A model generated the notes under the pieces. It searched no databases, had not been told where the DNA came from, and saw nothing but the letters and a program-made list of their open reading frames with translations. A stretch of DNA of 64,000 nucleotides from Williopsis jadinii. Lineage: Eukaryota. Numbering within the stretch: the stretch's first letter is position 1; every line of letters begins with the position of its first letter. The position numbers and the translations under genes are program-made. The stretch covers positions 1,798,001 to 1,862,000 of the forward strand of contig AP024664.1 of the NCBI GenBank assembly GCA_024346625.1, given 5' to 3'. This document shows positions 43,083 through 53,226 of this stretch, piece by piece.

Positions 43083-43263
43083 AATTAGTACTAACCTCTC
43101 CATACAAAGCACCTTGAGCGTATGTCTGTGTGTCCCGTACCGCCTCTTCCGCGCACAGCGCTGAAATTTTCCGCCGACGAACTTTTTCACTCCAACAGGA
43201 CACAAACAACGGGCTCGAGGACGAAGAGCACACTTTGGCAGAGCGAAGCAACGACATTGGACG

Positions 43264-44124
43264 ATGCTCACAGGCTTGAAGATGCTGAGAGGCTTACAGG
43301 GACAGAGGGCGTGCTCTGTGGCACGCCAGTTTTCCGTGCTGGCTCCGCTGAGAGGCCCAAACGACGACCTGGCGAGGGTTGCTGAGCAGAGGGAGAGGGC
43401 TCAGTCGAAGGAGGCCTCGAGAAAGGCGGAGCTGAGAAAGATGGCACGTAAGCGAGCTGAAGCGCGTGCGAATCCAGAGAGATCGCAGTACTACATGGAC
43501 ATCGAGCAGGCTCTGCGTTACCTGAGGGCCGCGGAGGTTGGCAGGTCGCCCGAGGAGGCTGTGATTTCCATCACCACGTCGGTGGTTGCCGCCAAGGGAA
43601 ACCCGAGACTCAGCGGCTCGATTGCGTTCCCGAAGGCTCTTAAGGAGACCAGGATCCTGGTGTTCACGTCTGTGGAGGAACAGAAGCAGCTTGCGCTGGG
43701 CCAGGGGGCGTCGCTGGTTGGCGGTGCGGAGCTGGTGGAGAAGATCAAGCAAGGCGAGCTGGAGCTCCAGTTCGACAGGGCATTTGCCACGCCGGAGATG
43801 GTTCCACAGCTGAACCAGCTGGCACGTACGCTAGGCCCAAGAGGGCTGATGCCGACGGTGAAGAAGGGCACTGTGAGCGAAGACGTTGCACAGCTCATCA
43901 GGGAGGTTTCGGGCTCCATTCCATTCAGACAGAAGACGGACCAGATCTCGCTGGCTGTTGGTCGTGTCAACTTTTCCGATAACGAGATCATCAGAAACGT
44001 CATTGCTGCTCGTCACGCTCTAGAGAAGGCCATCAGTGAACAAAAGGTGAAGAGACAGAGTATACTGGGTCAGACGGTGATCCAGTCCACACACGGGCCG
44101 GGCATGGTCATCAACGTCAAATGA
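43264..44124 (+). CDS. MRPL1: Mitochondrial ribosomal protein uL1m
   Basis: ALRYLRAAEVG, LVGGAELV, LARTLGPRGLMPTVKKGTV, STHGPG. Confidence 0.92.
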   Translation: MLTGLKMLRGLQGQRACSVARQFSVLAPLRGPNDDLARVAEQRERAQSKEASRKAELRKMARKRAEARANPERSQYYMDIEQALRYLRAAEVGRSPEEAVISITTSVVAAKGNPRLSGSIAFPKALKETRILVFTSVEEQKQLALGQGASLVGGAELVEKIKQGELELQFDRAFATPEMVPQLNQLARTLGPRGLMPTVKKGTVSEDVAQLIREVSGSIPFRQKTDQISLAVGRVNFSDNEIIRNVIAARHALEKAISEQKVKRQSILGQTVIQSTHGPGMVINVK

Positions 44125-44354
44125 ACCGACGTATAACAGTACATAGGTCAGCTATCAACATGTATATAAATTACGCTTCAGTGTGTGTGTGTTCTCGTTG
44201 CTTCTGTCATTCACACCGTGCTTTGTAACGCTAGACATCGTAGCCTTTTATATGCTGATGATGGGATGTTGGAGATGTACGCTTTTTCTACCGGGCTTAT
44301 TCCCACTTCAACCTCAGAAAACCCACTCTGAGGGAAGCAGAGCACAACACCTTG

Positions 44355-45410
44355 ATGAAACTGGTTGTTGTACTGGTGCTACTGCCACTGATAGTAGCGC
44401 TGAATGTCACGATTCCAATCTATTTCCCGTTACCAGCTCCTCTGCGCTTCTTGGCCCTGAGGACGAGCTCACTATTGGAGAAGGACCTGAAGGACAACGA
44501 GACGAAGCTGAAGATCATTGTGCCCTCTTGCGCTGAAGACATCCCAGATGATGGCTACTGGATCAAGCTGGGGTACGCTGAGGTGCCCAGCTACTACGTG
44601 GACCCCTTTGGGAGGTCGATCACGATATTCCAGACTGATTCTCTCATTGCTCATAACACCATGCCCGAGTTCATAAGGAACATCCTTGTTGATGAGGTGT
44701 TCCATCTGAACAGCTCAACAGGGGCAATGGCTATGAATAAAGACCGGCAAATGAGTGTGACGTGGATCATACTCATGGACGCTGGATACTGGGATGTCGA
44801 GTTCGTATCTGAGCTCATGGCCCCCGTGTTGGAGTCTCTGAGCAGAGTGGTACAACTGGATATCAAGTTCGAAGTAAGATATACAGCTGATGCCACGGAG
44901 GACCTGGGGGAGGATCCAACTACGTACGTTGATTGGAGCCATGGCCAAATTACACAATTGATAGTGCTGACTAGGGAAATATACTACCCTGATGAGCTGA
45001 TGCTGCCGAGATTGGGATCCACACTGGTGTATACTCTTGAAGAGCCTCTAGGAGATCAGGATATGATTCAAATACTGGAGAAGGTCACAGGCCAGCTATT
45101 CAGAGTACTGGGATCGCCGATGGCTGGGCCTCAGAGCGTTCATTATAAGCTGGACAGAATGGTTATTGATCAGGTACGACAAAACTACAACCGGTTGGAC
45201 AGTTTGGAAGACAAACGTACAATTGAGCAACTCGTCAACGACTATAAGCTCGACAAGGCACTACAAGTATCGTGGAGCATACTCACTTCTTCTTCTTGGA
45301 CTTCTTGGATTTATCCTCGCTGTCGATCCAATTTGGGTTCAGCCCAAACTTCGTCGTCAACAACTCAACAGCCTTTTGGGAATGAGAACCTTGCACAACA
45401 ACTTCAATAA
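44355..45410 (+). CDS. Secretory-pathway protein with weak similarity to the Gpi17/PIG-S luminal domain
   Basis: Signal peptide; VTIPIY, ITIFQTDSLIAHNTMPEFIRNILVDEVF and YWDVE..SELMAPVLESLSRVV resemble recalled Gpi17 segments; 3' end overlaps TMA64 antisense. Confidence 0.5.
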   Translation: MKLVVVLVLLPLIVALNVTIPIYFPLPAPLRFLALRTSSLLEKDLKDNETKLKIIVPSCAEDIPDDGYWIKLGYAEVPSYYVDPFGRSITIFQTDSLIAHNTMPEFIRNILVDEVFHLNSSTGAMAMNKDRQMSVTWIILMDAGYWDVEFVSELMAPVLESLSRVVQLDIKFEVRYTADATEDLGEDPTTYVDWSHGQITQLIVLTREIYYPDELMLPRLGSTLVYTLEEPLGDQDMIQILEKVTGQLFRVLGSPMAGPQSVHYKLDRMVIDQVRQNYNRLDSLEDKRTIEQLVNDYKLDKALQVSWSILTSSSWTSWIYPRCRSNLGSAQTSSSTTQQPFGNENLAQQLQ

Positions 45411-47057
45411 TCTTTGGACTCTGGACGTTTGGTCTGATTGTCGCAGAGCCAGAGCATTTCAGCTTGATCTCAGCACTCAACTCTTCAGCATCGACGCCAT
45501 AGGTCTCAAAATTGAAAACCCTTGTGATGGTTTTCCGTCCAATCTTCGTTTCAATAACAATATGAACCTTCGGTGGGGTACCACGGAGTTTCTTTAACGA
45601 TCCATTGCTTTGACCTGGTTTAGAAATTGTATAGAATGGTGAGAATTGCTTCTCAAAAGGTGCCAGTAGCTGGCTACGTTTAACCAGATTCTTGTTCCCT
45701 GGAATAATTTTGCTCAAGAAGTCGTTGACTATGATAGTGGACTTATCTGCCGGGTTCACGAGTTGCTCCTTGTCAATGTACTGATCCAAGTGCTTTCTCA
45801 ATTCCTTTGTAGTGAAATATGCATCGAGCTCTAGATCCAGAGAGTTATACAACGGTCTAAGGACAGAAGTTGGTTTGTAATAATGCTCCAAGATGAGAGA
45901 ACCGGCTGCTTTTCCATTTGATGAGGATTCAGAAGGGGATTTCTTTGCTGGTTTCTTCACTTTGTAAGGAACGAAACTTTTGAGAGTATCGTTGTTTGAA
46001 GATTTCGCAACTTCAACAACTGTCAAGTCATCGCCTTTACCCTTCAATTTGAGAAATCCATCTTTCTCCATTGCCTTCAGGAATTTCGCTGCCTTCTTCC
46101 ACGACGACTTCTTGATGTTGACATCTGAATGATCTGTGGCCAAGTTTTGAACCAGTTGGTCCATGAATTGTGAAGATGACAACGGTGGTGTGACTGGGGT
46201 TTGAGTCAAGGTCTGGTAGAGTGCTCTCTTGAGAAGATAATCAACATCATCTGTTGTCAAGTCGTTGAGCTCTTTAGTCAACTTTTCAACTTGGTCTGTA
46301 GTTACGTCTTCAGATCTATCATCTCCATGTGTACTCTGATTAGAGTCCTCTTCTTTTGCCTGCACATCGGTCTCTTCCTCCCCCTTCTCCTCCTCCTCCT
46401 CCTCTTTCAACACCATAGTCACCTCCTCAACTTGTTCGGGAACCTCAACTTTCTTCTTAGCAACATGGCATATAACGTCATCGACTCTATGAATCACATT
46501 CACGGCAATCCCAGTAGTGCCTACAGTCTTTGTTATGTCCTTAAGGTCAAGTGCTGCGTATCCAATGGCCATGACCCTATTTGGATGAGCAGTATCGCAA
46601 ATCCCAACAACATCACCCTTCTGAATCGTACCAAAGGATGGTGCACATCCCGGAAGCATCAAGTTGGCGCCACCTATCAGGACCTCTGTAACATGAGGGT
46701 TAGTGTACACTTTCTCCAGCAGGAATGGCGCCCTCCACAAGGTATACACTGTTGGCACTAACTTCCCGGCCCTTGATGAGAACCACACTGGAATCTGGTC
46801 GTTATCCATGTACAGCACATCCACGTGCTCCTTTGGTGATTTGAACTCCGTGTACTTGATTGTGCTCGGCAAGAACAACTCCTGGGTGCTCTTTGTGAGG
46901 TTTGTTGGCAGCTTATATGTCTCGATGATCGAGGACAGCAACCTCCTACGCTCAGACGACTTCAAGTTCGACAGAGCTTTGATCTAATTTCCATGTTAGT
47001 ACACATGCTCCTCGGCAAGAAGCGCTATCGACTTACCTGGGAATCGTTCTTCGACAT
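45283..47057 (-). CDS. TMA64: Translation reinitiation/recycling factor eIF2D (Tma64); exons 47057-47037 and 46983-45283
   Basis: Spliced N-terminus MSKNDSQ|IKALSNLKSSERRRL (intron GTAAGT 47036...TACTAAC...TAG 46984); PUA GANLMLPG, SWIB and SUI1 (GRKTITRV, VVVQG) domains. Confidence 0.92.
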
Positions 47058-47257
47058 CGCTAACCAGCTTAGAGTGGTCCTCCAGGAGGAAGTAGAAGAA
47101 GAAGAAGAGCAGAGAGCCATCATCACGATGAGGTCCTCGAGACAGTGGTGATACATCCGTACACCACGCTGTACTCTTGTCGAAATGTAAACAAACAACT
47201 CCACCAACTTCATCAAAGGGCATTAACTGCTTCAGTTCGCTGTTGTTTCTCCCGCTG

Positions 47258-49156
47258 ATGAGGTTTATACAGTCTGAGAACAAGAGCGATAGGGTGTATT
47301 GCTTTGAGGACGATGCTGATGGCGTTGTTTACTCGTGGTGTCCGTCTATGGACTTGTTGGCGGTGTCGCAGCGTAATGGGAAGTGCATCTCTCTGTACAG
47401 AATGAATGGAAGGAAGGTGTACGAGATTGATGCTTCTTCCAGTCCTGTGAAATGCATAGAGTGGAGGCCTGATGGGAAGCAGCTCTGTGTTGTGTGTGTT
47501 GACGACAGCGTGGTTTTGTATGACGTGAACTCCAATGAGGAACTGACACGGTTGAAGACGCAGGGCTCTGTGAACTTTACGAGATGGATCGTGATGAAGA
47601 GGCCAGCTTCTGAGAACAAGTTCCACGGGAAGTTTGAGCTGAATGACATATGGGATAGCTTACCGAAATTGACGCCGCTGTCCATATCGGGGGCTCCGAG
47701 GATGAACAAGACGTTCAGCTCCAAACAGGCCATCGATACGATGATCCAGATAGGTTCGAACGAGGAGAACATGGATTTGTTATTTGCATTTGGATCCAAT
47801 TCGGTCAATCTTACGCTACATGGGTTGTTCTCCCTTGGCCCTGTGGAGATCTTCAAAGAAAATGAGGATGACGAAGAGATTGTCAATTGTATCTCACACT
47901 CTCTAGAGGATCATTACATCTTGACGTCCTCTTTCAATACGATGCAGTACAAGTTACGCAAATTCAAGACGAGCTTTATACAGCATTACGAGTTCTTCTC
48001 ACAAATTACAACTTTGTCGTCTAAGATCATTGCGTTGTTGGGGTATATCGGTGAAGTACTTAGCAGTATTGCCGTCTTGGTAAAGTCCTACCTCGATGAC
48101 CACAATAGGTTTTTAAACGTACTACGCAATGAACTAAAGGAGAAGGGGCTCAACGTTGGTGACGAGTTGTATAATCTGCTATTGACGGGTATGATGAGTG
48201 AAGACATCAAAGATTGGATACAAAACTCTATCGGTGATAGAAATTTAAAGAGATGGACAAGCAGTGGTGAAGCAGCTTATAACAACACGAGAAAACTTCT
48301 CATCTACCATTTGATACCTGCCTGTGATAGATTAATACTTTTGCTATCAAGATCAATATCTGTGGCGAACACTGCATCTTTATTGGACACACCATTTGAC
48401 ATTACTGGTGCTATTCCGGTTGTTATCTCAGAGGTCAAACACTTCCTCATCGAGCTATTCCAATTAATAAAGAAGATCAACAATGAGCAAGATTTGTTTA
48501 ACGAGTTCATACTGTGGCTCAAGTTCACGTTCACAGAATTACAGGAAGATTCATGTGACATTGAATATTCAACTTCAAGCGTAGCTGAGTACATATCAGC
48601 ACATTTGGAAAGATCTGTGTTCACCACTCTTGTTCCTTTGATGAGGATGAAATCTAACAAAGTGACCATTTCAGCAGAGGATATGTTTGACTCCATAAGA
48701 AAAAGTATTCGAGCTAGCATTACTCATATAGAAGAAGATGGAACTCTGCTTCAAATTCCATTGGGTCAAATAACGGAGAAACAACGAATGACATTCATTG
48801 ACGATGATCTATACGTCTTCAGTGCGTTGGACTCAACTCTGGAGATTTTCAAGGTAAACGTTGAAAGCAAACTCACAACGTCAACAAAAGTCGAATTTGA
48901 AGATGCCATCTCGGATTTACAAGTCTTGGACGATGATAATGTACTCATTGTGTCTGGACACAGGTTGGTCACTTTTGCATATCAATATCTATTTGACCAA
49001 TCCCTTCATACTTATAAATCATTATCATTGACCAGTAACGAACCTATGGAGGATATTCAGGTCTCCTATGTGACAACAAACACAGGAAGAAACATAGGAT
49101 GTGGCATTGGCAACGACATGAAACACTACACAGTATTTGTGATGAACGAAATATGA
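47258..49156 (+). CDS. APC4: Anaphase-promoting complex subunit Apc4
   Basis: SWCPSMDLLAV, LYRMNG, WRPDGKQL, ELYNLLLTGMMS..IKDW, LIPACDRLILLLS; adjacent to TMA64 as in S. cerevisiae. Confidence 0.88.
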   Translation: MRFIQSENKSDRVYCFEDDADGVVYSWCPSMDLLAVSQRNGKCISLYRMNGRKVYEIDASSSPVKCIEWRPDGKQLCVVCVDDSVVLYDVNSNEELTRLKTQGSVNFTRWIVMKRPASENKFHGKFELNDIWDSLPKLTPLSISGAPRMNKTFSSKQAIDTMIQIGSNEENMDLLFAFGSNSVNLTLHGLFSLGPVEIFKENEDDEEIVNCISHSLEDHYILTSSFNTMQYKLRKFKTSFIQHYEFFSQITTLSSKIIALLGYIGEVLSSIAVLVKSYLDDHNRFLNVLRNELKEKGLNVGDELYNLLLTGMMSEDIKDWIQNSIGDRNLKRWTSSGEAAYNNTRKLLIYHLIPACDRLILLLSRSISVANTASLLDTPFDITGAIPVVISEVKHFLIELFQLIKKINNEQDLFNEFILWLKFTFTELQEDSCDIEYSTSSVAEYISAHLERSVFTTLVPLMRMKSNKVTISAEDMFDSIRKSIRASITHIEEDGTLLQIPLGQITEKQRMTFIDDDLYVFSALDSTLEIFKVNVESKLTTSTKVEFEDAISDLQVLDDDNVLIVSGHRLVTFAYQYLFDQSLHTYKSLSLTSNEPMEDIQVSYVTTNTGRNIGCGIGNDMKHYTVFVMNEI

Positions 49157-49195
49157 AATGCATGCGATATATCTATGTACAACAAGACTATTCAG

Positions 49196-50122
49196 CTAAT
49201 GGAAGTATGTACTGTCTGGGGCATTTTTAGCTATAATGAATGCATATTTGTTATGCTTTACTGTTGAGTCTTGATCAACAGTATACGTACGTCTTAGAAA
49301 CTTCTTATATTCTCTTCTGATCTTCTTCATGAGGTGTCTATCAATTTCCTTGGGAGGATCAAGATAGTACGTGTCCAATAGATTTGTCAAATAGTTGTGA
49401 TCGTCCAGCTCCAGAGGTGGTATTGACTTCAACACATGTCTCAGATACCTTATCTTCTTCCTTATTACATTGACCTTTCTACACTGCGCAACGTCCTCAC
49501 CAGAGACTTTCAGTGGAATTCTAGCGATTGGTGACTGTAAGTTTCTGGAGTGTACATATGTGTTTCCCAATAGGAATCGGTATATGGCCAGCACTTTTGT
49601 CAACATGAGGTTAAATCGTTGGTCCTTATCCGTATAGAGCCTTGTAGATTCCACAGGCAAAATATCAACGTCTCTTGAGGCATGCGATATGCCCATAATG
49701 TTCGAGATGGAAGGTATCTCTCGCTCATCTCTCTGGGGGAACTTGATGCTCTTCAATTGGTTCATATGTCTGCACTTCTGTTCCAATGTGTTCTTCTCGT
49801 TATTCAGGATCCTTCTTATGCTTTCATGTGGCCAAGAATCCAGGCAGCCCTTCAGGAAGTACTGAACATCCTTATGATCCCTATAATTACCTTGGAGATA
49901 GTACCTTTCCAGCACAGTGGGTATTGAATAAACGTCTCCATCGGATACCTTCGAGATGAGATGGCGTACCTCATCAAACAACTTCGGCTGATCACGGCGT
50001 ATCCTCTTCTTCAACTCGGCAATCATCAGCCGTTGTGTTCTAGCATCTAGAAACGATGATCTGGTCTGTCGTATGAGACCTCTCAACGCCTCTTTCATCC
50101 CCACTGAGTTCATTCTCTTCAT
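49196..50122 (-). CDS. GEP5: Mitochondrial protein Gep5/Rrg5
   Basis: WPHE, YRFLLGN, SPIARIPL..SGE, IPPL, IRREYKKFLRRTYT align with recalled Gep5; start ATG 50122 or 50113. Confidence 0.65.
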   Translation of the reverse strand: MKRMNSVGMKEALRGLIRQTRSSFLDARTQRLMIAELKKRIRRDQPKLFDEVRHLISKVSDGDVYSIPTVLERYYLQGNYRDHKDVQYFLKGCLDSWPHESIRRILNNEKNTLEQKCRHMNQLKSIKFPQRDEREIPSISNIMGISHASRDVDILPVESTRLYTDKDQRFNLMLTKVLAIYRFLLGNTYVHSRNLQSPIARIPLKVSGEDVAQCRKVNVIRKKIRYLRHVLKSIPPLELDDHNYLTNLLDTYYLDPPKEIDRHLMKKIRREYKKFLRRTYTVDQDSTVKHNKYAFIIAKNAPDSTYFH

Positions 50123-50269
50123 CCTACGCGGGAAAGCTCCATCAACAAGGAAGAGAGTGTGAGAGAGAGAAGAACTATTGAAAAGGGAAAGGTTATGAGC
50201 ACCGACCGACATACTGCTCATACCAACACCCAGACATCTCAAACTTCCCTGTGTGGCGCCTACCACCAT

Positions 50270-50277
50270 TGACTCAT
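50270..50277 (+). promoter_or_regulatory. Gcn4 site TGACTCAT upstream of HOM2
   Basis: Consensus about 95 bp before the HOM2 ATG; HOM2 is a known general-amino-acid-control target. Confidence 0.7.
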
Positions 50278-50370
50278 CGAGCAAAACCTCACCGAAAACA
50301 AAAGGCACCATCACACAACCTCAACACACACTTCTTCAGCAAGAAAGCATAGATTAAACATACAATAAAG

Positions 50371-51462
50371 ATGGCTAAGAAAGCTGGTGTTCTTGGAGCC
50401 ACCGGTTCTGTTGGACAACGTTTCATTCTTCTCCTGTCGGACCACCCGGACTTTGAATTGAGCGCACTGGGTGCCTCTTCCAGATCCGCAGGCAAGCGTT
50501 ATGAGGATGCCGTTACCTGGAAGCAGACCAGTCTGTTGCCAGAGAGTGCCAAGGACTTGATCGTGTCCGAGTGCACCTACGAGGCGTTCAAGGACTGTGA
50601 TGTTGTGTTCTCCGGGCTGGATGCTGAGTATGCTGGTCCTATTGAGAAGGAGTTTAGAGAAAATGGGTTGGCTGTTGTGTCCAACGCAAAGAACTATAGA
50701 AGAGAAGCGGATGTTCCGCTGATTGTTCCAATCGTCAACACAGACCATCTACAAGTTGTTGAGACCAAGTTGAACGCCGCCAAGGCCAAGGGTGAGAAGC
50801 GCCCTGGATTCATCGTGTGTATCTCGAACTGTTCCACCGCTGGTCTCGTTGCTCCACTGAAGCCACTGGTGGACAAGTTTGGTCCTATTGACCTCTTGAC
50901 CACAACCACCTTGCAAGCCATCTCCGGTGCTGGTTTCAGTCCAGGTGTCTCTGGTATCGACGTCTTGGACAACATTGTCCCATACATCTCTGGTGAGGAG
51001 GACAAGATCGAATGGGAGACTAAGAAGATCCTGGGTGGCTTGAACGATGCCAAAGACGGGTTCAGCATCCTGTCCGATGACGAGATCAAGGTCTCTGCCC
51101 AGTGTAACCGTGTTGCCGTCTCAGACGGCCACACCGAGTGCATCTCCCTTAGGTTCAAGACTCAGAACAAGCCAAGCGTCGACGAAGTCAAGCAGTGTTT
51201 GAAGGAGTACGTCTGTGAAGCCTACAAGCTGGGATGCCACTCGGCTCCAAAGCAGACCATCCATGTCCTGGAGCAACCAGACCGTCCACAGCCAAGATTG
51301 GACCGTGACAGAGATGCCGGCTACGGTGTCTCTGTCGGTAGAGTCAGAGAGGACCCAGTCCTCGACTTCAAGATGGTTGTTCTCTCCCACAACACCATCA
51401 TCGGTGCCGCAGGTGCTGGTATCTTGATCGCTGAGATCTTGTTGAAGAAGGGTTTGATCTAA
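50371..51462 (+). CDS. HOM2: Aspartate-semialdehyde dehydrogenase
   Basis: GVLGATGSVGQRF, SNAKNYR, ISNCSTAG, QAISGAG, SHNTIIGAAG. Confidence 0.97.
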   Translation: MAKKAGVLGATGSVGQRFILLLSDHPDFELSALGASSRSAGKRYEDAVTWKQTSLLPESAKDLIVSECTYEAFKDCDVVFSGLDAEYAGPIEKEFRENGLAVVSNAKNYRREADVPLIVPIVNTDHLQVVETKLNAAKAKGEKRPGFIVCISNCSTAGLVAPLKPLVDKFGPIDLLTTTTLQAISGAGFSPGVSGIDVLDNIVPYISGEEDKIEWETKKILGGLNDAKDGFSILSDDEIKVSAQCNRVAVSDGHTECISLRFKTQNKPSVDEVKQCLKEYVCEAYKLGCHSAPKQTIHVLEQPDRPQPRLDRDRDAGYGVSVGRVREDPVLDFKMVVLSHNTIIGAAGAGILIAEILLKKGLI

Positions 51463-51602
51463 TTCTATTCTATTTGGTATTATATAGGTATCACTACTAC
51501 TTCACTGTGTAGTTCGCGGACACATATAAGGGAAGAACGGTCTAAATTGGAGAGAGCACTGTTCGTCTTAACCACCGTCAGCTTGCCTCAACGTGCTACT
51601 TG

Positions 51603-52412
51603 ATGGTGAAGCAAATGGAGGATTTCCTCGAGGAAGTTACTCTGGATGATGTCTCTTCGCACATCTATGAGCTCTATTCCCTTCCTAATGAACACGACTT
51701 GGGGATCCAGTCGAGGACGTCAATGGTGAAGGTGACAATTGATGATGTGGACAGGGAGTTTGAATTCCAGCAGTCGTTGAGCTCGTTAAACCAGCAGGGA
51801 AGCACAACTGGGTTTGTACTATGGAGTGTTTCCATACCGTTTGTAGGGTGGATACTTGACGACAAGTTATCGCCCTATGATCTCAGAGGGAAGACCGTGG
51901 TGGAACTGGGAAGTGGTGTGACTGGCCTGCTGAGCTGTGCTCTGGGGCCATCTTGTAAGCACTACATATCTACAGACCAGCATCACATTCTGAAGCTACT
52001 GAAGCAGAACATTTGTTCGAACTTGTGTGATTTTGCAAGTTCTACAATGCACATTCCTAGCAACGGTGGGAAGTTGAAAGGCACCGTTGACGTTGTGGAG
52101 CTTGATTGGGAGGACCTCGACAGTGGTGTTTGGAATTTACAACAGGTCTGTAGCTTGGACTCAATTGACTATATCGTTGCCTGTGACGTTGTCTATAACG
52201 ATTATCTCATACCCTTCCTAGTTGATGCAATTGCAAGGCTTTGTCATGAGTCCAGTACTGTTCTGATAGCTTTACAACTTAGGCTCCCAGAGAACATCGA
52301 GCAGTTCGTCGAGCAAGTATTGGCAAGAGGACTGAGAATATGGAGGCATTTGGAGCACTGTTTAGTTCCAGAGTTGAGAGAAGGGTTCGTAATTTACCGC
52401 ATAACACGTTGA
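51603..52412 (+). CDS. RKM5: Seven-beta-strand lysine methyltransferase (METTL21 family, Rkm5-like)
   Basis: QQSLSSL..STTGFVLW, VVELGSGVTG, STDQ, ELDWE, ACDVVYNDYLI, ALQLR. Confidence 0.75.
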   Translation: MVKQMEDFLEEVTLDDVSSHIYELYSLPNEHDLGIQSRTSMVKVTIDDVDREFEFQQSLSSLNQQGSTTGFVLWSVSIPFVGWILDDKLSPYDLRGKTVVELGSGVTGLLSCALGPSCKHYISTDQHHILKLLKQNICSNLCDFASSTMHIPSNGGKLKGTVDVVELDWEDLDSGVWNLQQVCSLDSIDYIVACDVVYNDYLIPFLVDAIARLCHESSTVLIALQLRLPENIEQFVEQVLARGLRIWRHLEHCLVPELREGFVIYRITR

Positions 52413-52462
52413 TATTAGAGACGGAATAACAACTTCAGCATATTACTGTGTATACACAAGGT

Positions 52463-53020
52463 TCAGTATTCTCCTTTTTCAATCTTGGCCTTCAACTTCT
52501 CGTGTAGCTTACCCAGTTGTTCGAAATCGGCCTCCTTTGCTGGCCAGCCGACAATCAGCCCAGTCTTTTCATCCTTCTTTGGAATAACGTGGAAGTGAAC
52601 GTGGTCAACCTCCTGGTGAGCAATTCTGCCGTTATTCTGTAGGATGTTGTAGCCAACTGAAGACTCCGGGTCGTCATTGTTCAACTCCAGCAAGTTGGCA
52701 ACTTTCTTAGCAACAGGCAGAAGATCTGCAAGCGACTCATCCGACAAGTTGTGAAGCTTTGCACCGTGTTCCTTTGGAATGACGAGCGCATGGCCCTCAG
52801 ACGTTGGCTGGATGTCCAAGAATGAGTAAGTCTTTTCAGTTTCAAAGAGCTTGAACGAAGGAATCTCGCCTATGTTCAATGGTGTTAGTACGACGTCTAT
52901 ACGATGCAATTCAACTCCGGGAAGATGGGTATTGAAGAGAGAGCTCGCAGGGCACAACGAGACGATAAACAATCAAGCACACGAACCTTTGATGATTTTG
53001 CAGAAGATACAGTTTGACAT
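52463..53020 (-). CDS. HNT1: HIT-family adenosine 5'-monophosphoramidase Hnt1; exons 53020-52987 and 52869-52463
   Basis: Spliced MSNCIFCKIIKG|EIPSFKL; intron GTTCGT(52986)...TACTAAC...TAG(52870); HIT motif HVHFHVIP. Confidence 0.93.
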
Positions 53021-53165
53021 TCTGTTCATGAAGCAATTGATGGACGTAGATGGTATTAGCCAATGCTTTGGTAGATAGTGGTAGAAGAGAAGGAGAGAAA
53101 TTTCAAGGGGGATGTGGTTAAATTTCAGGGCATCGCACAACGGCTCCCCCGCCCAGTTCCTTCCC

Positions 53166-53226
53166 CCCAGGGCTTTCAGGCTGAGCCTAGGATTTTTCCT
53201 CCCAGGACTTTCAGGCTGAGCCTAGG
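53166..53226. repeat. 26-bp direct repeat CCCAGG(G/A)CTTTCAGGCTGAGCCTAGG x2
   Basis: Copies at 53166-53191 and 53201-53226, one mismatch. Confidence 0.85.
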
